From assembly GCA_964462755.1 (NCBI GenBank), contig CAYWZD010000001.1, positions 1,957 through 65,956 of the forward strand: DNA of 64,000 nucleotides. Reading direction: 5' to 3'. Shown here in pieces: positions 17,681-26,112 of the stretch. The stretch is from an uncultured Victivallales bacterium (GTDB taxonomy: Bacteria > Verrucomicrobiota > Lentisphaeria > Victivallales > UBA1829). The number at the start of each line of letters is the position of its first letter. The stretch's first letter is position 1. The position numbers and the translations under genes are program-made. The notes beneath the pieces are model-generated. The model was given only the letters and a program-made list of their open reading frames with translations, ran no database searches and was not told where the DNA came from.

Positions 17681-20600
17681 ATGAAATACAGGATTACGGG
17701 ATTATTGTATCTGCTCACCCTTTCCCTCTTGGCTGACATCCGCATCGACAAAAATGCATATTCTCTGCGAATCAGTGACGATGGAACCAGATTTCTGGGG
17801 ATCACCGGAAAAACCACGGGTGTAACATTCGCTGAAAACGCCGAGCTTTGGGAGATGCAATTCAACAACGGCATGAAACTGAATGCATCGCAGTTCATGA
17901 AAGCGCCCTTCAACGGCAAATTCTCTTCTGAAAAGACCGGCGACAAACTCACTTTGCACTACACCTCTTCCGCCTGCGGATTCGAGATCGTCTTCAATTT
18001 CCATGAAGAGGCATTCGATTACAGGGTAATGAACCTCAAAAACAGAGAAGCTTCCGTCATGATGATGGCGGTTCCGGCACAGCTGACATTCCCCCTGAAC
18101 AACATGAAACGTTTCCTGTATCCGACGCAGGCCAACTGGTCCATGGGAATCTGTTTCCTTCCATCGTTCTTTGAAAAACGCACCGAAAATGATGCCATCT
18201 ACAAACCTGCCGACGCACCTTTCAATGGCATGCGGAAGCTTTTCGACAGCAAGAACATTCCGCTGAAAAACAATGAATACAAGCAGAAGGACCGCGCGGT
18301 CCCGGCTCGCTTCGGCGAAACGTTCTACAATGCTTCGGAAAAGTCGGAAATCCTGAAGAACGTTATTTTCAGCATTTCGAAAAAGCAGGAAAAAAAAGGA
18401 AGTTTTGAACTTGAATTTCTCTGTCTGCAGAATAATTCCAATCCGCTGCTGGCGGCAACACAATTCGGCGGGAAAGGGTATCTGTTCCAGATGTTCGCCT
18501 CGAACCAGAACGCGGAGCAACGCGTTCCGGGCATGCGGACAATTTTTCAATGCACCGTGAGCGCGCTTCTGCGCCATTCTCCGGAGATGTTCAAAGGAAA
18601 ACACATTGTCCTGCTTGATTATCCGAATATGCCGAGACTCATCACCGGATTCGATCCGGTTTCCAACAATCTTCATGAGTGGAAGGAAAATCTAAGCGCC
18701 TTTTCAAAGAAATTCAACATTCCCGTAAAGTACGCAAAGAATCCGGACGAAATGCGCGTGGCCCTGAACGATGATTCCGTCGGACTCATCGTCAATCCAT
18801 ACGGCAATGTCTTTCCTTCCGACGAACCGGCAAGATTCGCCGCGGACCTCGAGTCCGTCAGAAAATATGTCAAACGCGGCGGGATCTGGTGGGAGGCCGG
18901 TTCCCAGAGCTTCGACACGCTGATCAGGAAACTTTATTATTCCGAATATGACCGTGAGGCGCGTTATCCCTCGGCCGCCGCGGACTATGCCTGTGCGGAA
19001 TATGCAAACGGTTCGATTGCCATGTTCGGAATTCAGCCGACCATGCGTTTCCCGTATGACCGCGAACGCGCCGCCATTCCGGCCTCCTATGATTTGAGAG
19101 GCTCGGACCAGGGCGCCGCTTTCACTCACCGCTGGGTATTGTGGGCAAACAGTGAATCGAAACGCCCCTGGGATTCCTCCCCCTACCGCATCAGCTTCAA
19201 GTATAAAACGCCTCGGGAGGGGCTGGCCGCTTATGAAAAGACGCTTGAACTTCATGCCAAACTGACGGATAAAGTCAAACCTGAAACTCTGGATAAGCTG
19301 AAAAGCGCCATGCTGGTCTGTATCTGGCACGAAACCGCCGCGGACAACATCAAGTCGTTCAAGATCATGCCTCCAAACAATATTGCGCACTTCATCGGCG
19401 CGCTGGCGAGCCGTTTCGACGCCAATTATCCGGAACATCTGCCGCCGGACCCGAAATGGGGAACGCTTGAGGATCTGCGCAATATGGTTGAGGAGGGACA
19501 CAAATCCGGACATCTTCTCATGCCCTACACAAATACGACATGGTGGCTGCCGCATGAAAACGGAACGCCGTCTCCCAGCCAGCAGAAATGGATGAACAAA
19601 AAAGAGGAGGTCATGAAATTAACCGTCGCCGGAACTCCTGAATTTCGGCGGGGGCGTACCGGGATCGGCTGGGCGCTCAACTTCTACCACCCTTACGTTC
19701 AGGAAGCCAGCTTGAAAGTCACCAAACAATTTACCTCTTACGGCTGCGATATGATTTTCATGGACGAAATGGGGGGCCACCCGTGGACATATGACTTCAG
19801 CCCGCGGGAACCGCGGCCCGCGACGGCGCTCGACGGACGGATTTCCATGTGCTGGGACTCCTCGAAGGTTCTGCCGACCGCAACGGAAGAAGGCCATGAC
19901 CGTCTGTTGAACTTCAACACCCTGTTCTGCGGCGGCACATGGAAGACGTTTCCCAACGGCAATTTTGAAACACAGCGCTACGTGCATCAATACCGTCCGC
20001 AGGACTGGCAGTACTGGCCGGTTTTCATCTATCTCGGACATGACAAAGCCCTCTTCACGATTCATGATCTGCTGGTGCGTTATGCGGGATTTGAAGAAAT
20101 CTCTCTGGCCTTGTCGCTCGGGTATAAAATGAAAGATGTCTTCGGATGGAGGAGCCCGGAATCCCGCCTCGATTGGCTGCACTATCTGGATGCGATCCAG
20201 AAAACGGTCGCAAAAGAATACGAAGGGCAGTCCCTCCTGAAATTCGTCTATCCGTTTGAAGCGGAAAAGCTCCCATACAGCAATCAGGTGGTCTATTCCG
20301 AATTTGCCGGAGGTGTGCGCATGATCTGCAATCACAGCGACAAGGAAGTACCTCTGAAAAACATCGATCTGCCGTTCCCCGCAACGGAACTTGAATGGCT
20401 GCGCGGACAGTCACTCCCGCCATACGGCTTCTATGTCTCGACCGCCAACGGGAAATGCGCCTATCTGAATCAGAATAAAAACCTCTTCGGATTTGCTCTC
20501 GCCATGGAAAAGGGAACATACCGCGGAGTCTTCTTCACCCGTTCAAAAGAGTCCGTCTACACACTGCCGGACACCCCAGCATGGCAAACCGGATCGTTTG

Positions 20601-21313
20601 CCGGGAGCTCCGGGAAATTGAATATTCACCGACGCGGGGGACGCCTGGAATTCACCGTTCCCTTTGCCGGCACTCCGGAGAAAATTTCCTGGTGGTTCTC
20701 CCATTATGATCCGAATAAGGCAAAAGCGGCGTGGACTCTGCCACTTATCCTGAACGGCAAGGCAGACACATCGGACAAGAAAATCTCCGTTTTGTCACGG
20801 AACGGCGTAAAAGAGGAGAACGGAGCCATGATTTTCGGCGATATACCGAAACGGAAATTGCTTCTGCGTCTGCCGGAAAACTTTGGAACGATGACGCTGG
20901 CGGCGGATATAACGGTGTCCGCACTGCCTGAAAAGGGACTTGCGCCCATTGTCGTCCGCCCGGGATGCAACAGCATCTTCGGCATCAACACCTACGGACA
21001 AGTGATGCTCTCCATATGGTATGCCGACCGGAAAACACAGAACCATGTCATTTCAGGAATCCGTTTGAAATCCGGAGAGAAAGCACGGATCGCCGCCGTG
21101 GTCGATTGCAAAGATCAACAGACGACTTTGAAGCTGATCGTCAACGGGAGAGAGGAAGCCTCACTGACAACAGCGCAGAAACCGTATCCTTACGGTCCGC
21201 TGTTGAATATCGCCCCATGGGGCCGGAAAGAGAACTCTTTCATCGGGTCCGTCAGGAATTTATTCATTTCAAACCAGGCGTTGAGTCCGGAAGCGGTCAT
21301 GGCATTGCAGTGA
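17681..21313 (+). CDS. giant secreted protein (1210 aa) of unknown function with a C-terminal LamG/concanavalin-like module
   Basis: Signal peptide MKYRITGLLYLLTLSLLA from the ATG at 17681 (in frame with the track ORF). The C-terminal roughly 170 aa (…LKLIVNGREEASL…NSFIGSVRNLFISNQALS) are LamG-like. I recognise no catalytic signature. Confidence 0.85.
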   Translation: MKYRITGLLYLLTLSLLADIRIDKNAYSLRISDDGTRFLGITGKTTGVTFAENAELWEMQFNNGMKLNASQFMKAPFNGKFSSEKTGDKLTLHYTSSACGFEIVFNFHEEAFDYRVMNLKNREASVMMMAVPAQLTFPLNNMKRFLYPTQANWSMGICFLPSFFEKRTENDAIYKPADAPFNGMRKLFDSKNIPLKNNEYKQKDRAVPARFGETFYNASEKSEILKNVIFSISKKQEKKGSFELEFLCLQNNSNPLLAATQFGGKGYLFQMFASNQNAEQRVPGMRTIFQCTVSALLRHSPEMFKGKHIVLLDYPNMPRLITGFDPVSNNLHEWKENLSAFSKKFNIPVKYAKNPDEMRVALNDDSVGLIVNPYGNVFPSDEPARFAADLESVRKYVKRGGIWWEAGSQSFDTLIRKLYYSEYDREARYPSAAADYACAEYANGSIAMFGIQPTMRFPYDRERAAIPASYDLRGSDQGAAFTHRWVLWANSESKRPWDSSPYRISFKYKTPREGLAAYEKTLELHAKLTDKVKPETLDKLKSAMLVCIWHETAADNIKSFKIMPPNNIAHFIGALASRFDANYPEHLPPDPKWGTLEDLRNMVEEGHKSGHLLMPYTNTTWWLPHENGTPSPSQQKWMNKKEEVMKLTVAGTPEFRRGRTGIGWALNFYHPYVQEASLKVTKQFTSYGCDMIFMDEMGGHPWTYDFSPREPRPATALDGRISMCWDSSKVLPTATEEGHDRLLNFNTLFCGGTWKTFPNGNFETQRYVHQYRPQDWQYWPVFIYLGHDKALFTIHDLLVRYAGFEEISLALSLGYKMKDVFGWRSPESRLDWLHYLDAIQKTVAKEYEGQSLLKFVYPFEAEKLPYSNQVVYSEFAGGVRMICNHSDKEVPLKNIDLPFPATELEWLRGQSLPPYGFYVSTANGKCAYLNQNKNLFGFALAMEKGTYRGVFFTRSKESVYTLPDTPAWQTGSFAGSSGKLNIHRRGGRLEFTVPFAGTPEKISWWFSHYDPNKAKAAWTLPLILNGKADTSDKKISVLSRNGVKEENGAMIFGDIPKRKLLLRLPENFGTMTLAADITVSALPEKGLAPIVVRPGCNSIFGINTYGQVMLSIWYADRKTQNHVISGIRLKSGEKARIAAVVDCKDQQTTLKLIVNGREEASLTTAQKPYPYGPLLNIAPWGRKENSFIGSVRNLFISNQALSPEAVMALQ

Positions 21314-21322
21314 GACTGCCGT

Positions 21323-22543
21323 ATGGAGAACTACAATATGAACGACTATGATATTGCTGTGGTTGGCGGCGGAGTCGCCGGTGTTGCGGCCGCCGTGCAG
21401 GCAGCCCGGCTCGGAATGAAAACCGCGCTGATCGAAAAAACGGCGCTGGTCGGCGGACTCGCCACAAGCGGACTGATCAACGTTTTCCTGCCGCTCTGCG
21501 ACGGAAACGGGCATCAGGTCACGTTCGGCATCTGCGAAGAAATGATCCGCAAGAGCATTGAATACGGCCCGGGCGAAATCCCGCCCGGCTGGAAAAATGA
21601 AAGGAACGGAACCGAGCGCCGCCGTTTCATCAGCGTGTTTTCCCCGGCCTCATTTGTGCTGGCTCTCGATGAAATGCTCGAAGCGGCGGGCGTCGACATC
21701 TGGCTCGATACGCTGGTCTGCGATGCACTGGAGGAGAATGGGAAAGTCACCGCCGTTACCGTGGAAAATGAAAGCGGCCGCCATACCGTCCGGGCCAAAC
21801 AGTTCATCGATGCCAGCGGCGGCGCGATCCTTGCACGCCGTCTCGGAATTCCGTGCTTCGAGGACGACAACTATCTTTCGCTCTGGTCCCTGGAATTCGT
21901 GCGTGACAAAGTCGACATGTTCATCGGAGCGGTTTACGGCGACGGCAAACCGACCGGAAAGGTCGGAAACGACGCCCTCGCGTCGGTCGGCCTTTCTCTT
22001 GAAAAGCTCGCACGGGTTGTCCAGCGCGGCATTTCAGGGAAGCAGGTTTCTGAATATCTCATGACGACCCGGCGCTATCTGCGGGCCTACTACCGGAATT
22101 GTTATGAAAGCGGGAAATCCGACCGACGCACCCACTACCCGCTCAAACTGCCGATCATGCCGCAATACCGGAAAATCTGTGCCATCAAAGGGAAACACCT
22201 CATGGCGGACGGTGAATACGGGAAATACGCAGAGGATTCGATCGGCCTGACAGCCGACTGGCGGAAAGCCGGATTCGTCTGGGAAGTCCCGTTTTCCGCA
22301 CTGTATCCTTCAGACGGTCCGGACGGAATTCTGTTCGCCGGACGCTGCATTTCTGCCGTCGGCGACGCATGGGAAGTCATGCGCGTCATTCCCGCCGCGG
22401 CCATGACCGGACAAGCCGCCGGCCTTGCCGCCGCTCTTGCCGTCGGGCAGGATGCGGAACCACGGCTACTGAATGTACATCAGATCCAGCGGGAACTTCA
22501 CGACAGGAAAATCCCGGTTCACTTGGACGAGGTTGGACTGTAA
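21323..22543 (+). CDS. FAD-dependent oxidoreductase (GIDA/FAD_oxidored-like)
   Basis: Dinucleotide fold YDIAVVGGGVAGVAAAVQAARLGMKTALIEKTALVGG. An alternative start at 21338 (MNDYD) has a GGAGA SD 8 nt upstream. Confidence 0.85.
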   Translation: MENYNMNDYDIAVVGGGVAGVAAAVQAARLGMKTALIEKTALVGGLATSGLINVFLPLCDGNGHQVTFGICEEMIRKSIEYGPGEIPPGWKNERNGTERRRFISVFSPASFVLALDEMLEAAGVDIWLDTLVCDALEENGKVTAVTVENESGRHTVRAKQFIDASGGAILARRLGIPCFEDDNYLSLWSLEFVRDKVDMFIGAVYGDGKPTGKVGNDALASVGLSLEKLARVVQRGISGKQVSEYLMTTRRYLRAYYRNCYESGKSDRRTHYPLKLPIMPQYRKICAIKGKHLMADGEYGKYAEDSIGLTADWRKAGFVWEVPFSALYPSDGPDGILFAGRCISAVGDAWEVMRVIPAAAMTGQAAGLAAALAVGQDAEPRLLNVHQIQRELHDRKIPVHLDEVGL

Positions 22544-22544
22544 C

Positions 22545-25500
22545 ATGCCGGAACGTCTTCTGAAAAAACTGCGGACCCTTCCGGCCGAAACACGCGGAAT
22601 CCCCTTCTGGGCGTGGAACAGCCGTCTTGAGCCGGAGCGTCTCCGGGAACAGATCCGTTCCATGGGGCAAATGGGATTCGGCGGGTTCTTCATGCATTCC
22701 CGGTTCGGGCTGAAGACGCAATATCTCGGAAAGGAGTGGTTCGACTGCGTCCGGGCATGCATTGACGAAGCGGAAAAAACGGGTATGCACGCGTGGCTTT
22801 ACGACGAGGACCGCTGGCCGTCCGGAACAGCAGGCGGAAAAGTGACCGCAAACCGGGAATACGCCATGCGCGGACTGGACTATGAAATTCTCGACCGGGC
22901 GGATTTCCATTCCGGCGACCTGGCTCATTTTGCCTTGTCCTACCGGAACGGCGCTGTCGATTCATGGCGCCGTATAACACATGAAAATGAAATGCGTCCG
23001 GAAGAAAAATTCATCCGTTTCACCGTCAGGACCGCGCCTTCTTCGCCGGCCGGCAACCGACAGCCTTATCTGGACACCATGAATCCGGAAGCGGTAAGGG
23101 AATTCATTCACATTACTCATGAAACCTATAAAGCGAAACTGGGAGAGGCTTTCAGGAAGATCCCCGGCATCTTCACCGATGAACCGACTTACAGTTCTTT
23201 CCATTTCAAGCAAATCTGGACGGCTTCCTTGCCGGAACTCTTCCGGGCAAGATACGGGTATGAGCTGCTGGATCATCTGCCGGAACTTTTTTTCGAACCG
23301 CACGGATGCAGGACATCCAGAGTCCGTCTGAATTTCTACAACCTCGCCGCGGAACTGTTCGTAAATGCCTACGCAAGGCAGATGGGGAAATGGTGCGAAA
23401 GGAATGGACTTGCATTCACCGGACATGTTCTCGGGGAAGATAATCTGTTTTCTCAGATGCAATCCGTGGGGTCAGCCATGCGTTTTTATGAACATATGCA
23501 GATCCCCGGCATGGATGTTTTGAGCGAGCGCTGGAACCTTTACGCTGCGGCTAAACAATGTTCTTCCGTCGCGCACCAGATGGGACGTCCTCAACGGCTA
23601 TGCGAGCTTTACGGCTGCACCGGCTGGGATTTTCCCTTCGAAGGACACAAGGCCGTCGGCGACTGGCTGGCCGCACTGGGGATCAATCTCCGGGTGCATC
23701 ATCATTACTGGTATTCGATGGAAGGCGAATCGAAACGGGATTATCCCGCCAGCATTTCACCGCATTCCCCGTGGCATGGGAAATACCGTTTCGTGGAGGA
23801 TTATTTTGCCCGGATCAACGCGGTCCTTTCCGAAGGGGAGGAGGTCCGTCACATTCTTGTCATTCATCCGATCGAATCGACATGGTTCGGGCGGCCGCTC
23901 GAATGCTACGGGAAAGAGGAACAGATCAATGTGAACGGATATTTTGTTCACACCGGAGAGGAAAAGCGGAAGGAGATGTCGCGTCTCCAGTCAATCACGG
24001 ACCTTCTTCTGCGGGAGCATCTCGACTTTGACTACGGCGATGAAGAACTTCTGACGCGTCACGCAAAGGTCGGGAAGAAAACTTTCCGGGTGGGAACAGC
24101 CGCCTATGGAACCGTCGTTCTTCCGGAACTTCTGACGGTCAGAAAAACAACCCTCGAGTTGCTCCGGCAATTCGCCGGGAATGGAGGCTCCGTTTTTTAC
24201 CTCGGGCAAATCCCGGAATTCGCGGACGGGGAACCTTCGCTGCTTCCCTTGAAATATTATGCTCTTTTCCGTCATGTGAATCTGACCGGCCTCCCGGCAG
24301 AACTGCATGCCGGTTTTCGCGAAGTTTCACTTCTATCGGAAAACAGGGAAGCCGGAGCCCTGTTGTATAACCTGCACCGGACACCTGGAATGGAATCGCT
24401 TTTCATCTGCAATACTTCCATGCTCCCGTCTGCGGATATTCATCAGTCTCCGCGAACGGCGGAACGACGGATCGAGTATCCCGATGTAAGGATTGCGTGG
24501 AAAATTTCCCGGTCCAGATCTGTTTACGAACTGGATTTGAATACAGGAAATTTCAGAACGGTATCATTTGACTTTACGGAAGGACGTGCCGTTTTTCATG
24601 TCCCGTTCCCGCGTCTGGCGTCCCGACTTTTTATTGCTTTGGAAGAAAAGATTCCGACGGGGCCGGTTCTTCTGGAAAATTCCGGTTCCGTATGGAACAT
24701 CCTGTCCGGAAATTTTGAGTATGAAATGAGCGAGGACAACCTGCTGGTTCTGGATTCGCCGGAATCCTCGTTCAACGGCGAGGAATACCGTGAGAAGGAA
24801 TACTTTCTCCGTCTTGATGAAAAAATCCGGCATACACTGAATCTGCCTCTCCGCAGCATCATGGCCCCACAGCCATGGGTTGAATGTGAAAAGAGTCGAA
24901 AAACGCTCTTTCTCCGTCTGCGCTATCGCTTCCGCTGTCGGAAAATTCCTGAAAAAGTGTTTCTGGGAGTTGAAAATCCTTCCCTATGGAAATTCTTTCT
25001 GAATGGAGTCCCATTCCAGCATATGGATTGCGGCTGGTGGTGCGATCCGGCGATCCGGAAAATCGCCCTGCCCCGTTTGTCCGAAGGCGAAAACCGGTTG
25101 GAGATGGAATCGGAATACGGCAATGATTCCGGACTGGAGTCCTTGTTTCTGCTCGGACGCTTCAGTGTCGATGACAAAGAGGTTCTGGACCCGCTGCCGA
25201 CGACATTGAAGTATGGGAGCTGGACGTTGCAGGGCTTTCCATATTACGCGGGAAACATGACCTATCAGACTGTTTTCAACTCGGGAGGGGAACCGCTCTT
25301 ATTGAAGTTTACGGAATGGAACGGTTCGGCGCTGGGAGTCCGCGTTAATGGCGGCAGTGAAAGCCTTTTGGGGTGGCCGCCATATGAGTTGCAGATATAT
25401 CCGGAAAAAGGAAAGAATGAGTTGCGGATCACGGTTTACGGACATCGCCGGAATGCGCTGGGCCCGTTTTACGCGGAACGGAATCCGTATCTGATTACCC

Positions 25501-25601
25501 CGAGGACATTTCGAATCTGGGAAAACGGACGGAAGCAATTGGTCCCCTGCGGACTGATGGCCCCTGTGGTATTTTACGGGATGGCGACAAGCAAAACCTG
25601 A
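22545..25601 (+). CDS. cytoplasmic putative glycoside hydrolase (1018 aa) of the 'PFWAWN...GGFFMH' jelly-roll type, often annotated GH106-like
   Basis: MPERLLKKLRTLPAETRGIPFWAWNSRLEPERLREQIRSMGQMGFGGFFMHSRFGL...WLYDEDRWPSGTAGG. The ATG at 22545 lies 1 nt after the upstream stop. The family assignment is from memory of similar N-termini. Confidence 0.75.
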   Translation: MPERLLKKLRTLPAETRGIPFWAWNSRLEPERLREQIRSMGQMGFGGFFMHSRFGLKTQYLGKEWFDCVRACIDEAEKTGMHAWLYDEDRWPSGTAGGKVTANREYAMRGLDYEILDRADFHSGDLAHFALSYRNGAVDSWRRITHENEMRPEEKFIRFTVRTAPSSPAGNRQPYLDTMNPEAVREFIHITHETYKAKLGEAFRKIPGIFTDEPTYSSFHFKQIWTASLPELFRARYGYELLDHLPELFFEPHGCRTSRVRLNFYNLAAELFVNAYARQMGKWCERNGLAFTGHVLGEDNLFSQMQSVGSAMRFYEHMQIPGMDVLSERWNLYAAAKQCSSVAHQMGRPQRLCELYGCTGWDFPFEGHKAVGDWLAALGINLRVHHHYWYSMEGESKRDYPASISPHSPWHGKYRFVEDYFARINAVLSEGEEVRHILVIHPIESTWFGRPLECYGKEEQINVNGYFVHTGEEKRKEMSRLQSITDLLLREHLDFDYGDEELLTRHAKVGKKTFRVGTAAYGTVVLPELLTVRKTTLELLRQFAGNGGSVFYLGQIPEFADGEPSLLPLKYYALFRHVNLTGLPAELHAGFREVSLLSENREAGALLYNLHRTPGMESLFICNTSMLPSADIHQSPRTAERRIEYPDVRIAWKISRSRSVYELDLNTGNFRTVSFDFTEGRAVFHVPFPRLASRLFIALEEKIPTGPVLLENSGSVWNILSGNFEYEMSEDNLLVLDSPESSFNGEEYREKEYFLRLDEKIRHTLNLPLRSIMAPQPWVECEKSRKTLFLRLRYRFRCRKIPEKVFLGVENPSLWKFFLNGVPFQHMDCGWWCDPAIRKIALPRLSEGENRLEMESEYGNDSGLESLFLLGRFSVDDKEVLDPLPTTLKYGSWTLQGFPYYAGNMTYQTVFNSGGEPLLLKFTEWNGSALGVRVNGGSESLLGWPPYELQIYPEKGKNELRITVYGHRRNALGPFYAERNPYLITPRTFRIWENGRKQLVPCGLMAPVVFYGMATSKT

Positions 25602-25677
25602 CCGGTTCAAGTTTCAGATAGGCTGAACGGGTTTTGCGTCCATCGCAAAAAGGAAATCTGAACGGGAGTTCTAAATC

Positions 25678-26034
25678 ATGGAAATCTTATTCCGCTTTTT
25701 ATTTGGACTGTCTCTGTCGGCCTCTCACGCATGGGGCGCGGAGGGACGGAAAGGAGCACCGGCAAAACGTTTCCCAAAGTATATACAAACAGTCTGGCAT
25801 TATTTCTCCGGCGAGCCGGATTGCATCGGAACAGCGGCGCTGCCGCATGGCTTTCCTGAAGTCGCAGGAATAAAGGACAAGGTCGGGTCCGCATCGTGGC
25901 CGACGGTTCCGATGAAGGGTTTCATCCGCGTACCGTTTTCCGAGCGTGTCAGAGAATCTGCTATTGTTCCTGAACTGGGAAAGCTGCGTTCACGCAGGAT
26001 GAAACGGGGCGGATTCAACCTCACCTGCGATTGA
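25678..26034 (+). CDS. possible small secreted protein (118 aa), weakly supported
   Basis: Signal-like start MEILFRFLFGLSLSASHAWGA, with GGGAG 9 nt upstream of the ATG. It is the only plausible ORF in a 511-bp gap. No recognisable domain. Confidence 0.3.
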   Translation: MEILFRFLFGLSLSASHAWGAEGRKGAPAKRFPKYIQTVWHYFSGEPDCIGTAALPHGFPEVAGIKDKVGSASWPTVPMKGFIRVPFSERVRESAIVPELGKLRSRRMKRGGFNLTCD

Positions 26035-26112
26035 CCTGGAATCCGTTGCGGTGATTGATGCAAAGGGTGTTTTGAGATTCAAAAGGAAGATACAGAAAGT
26101 GGAGAATGAAAA

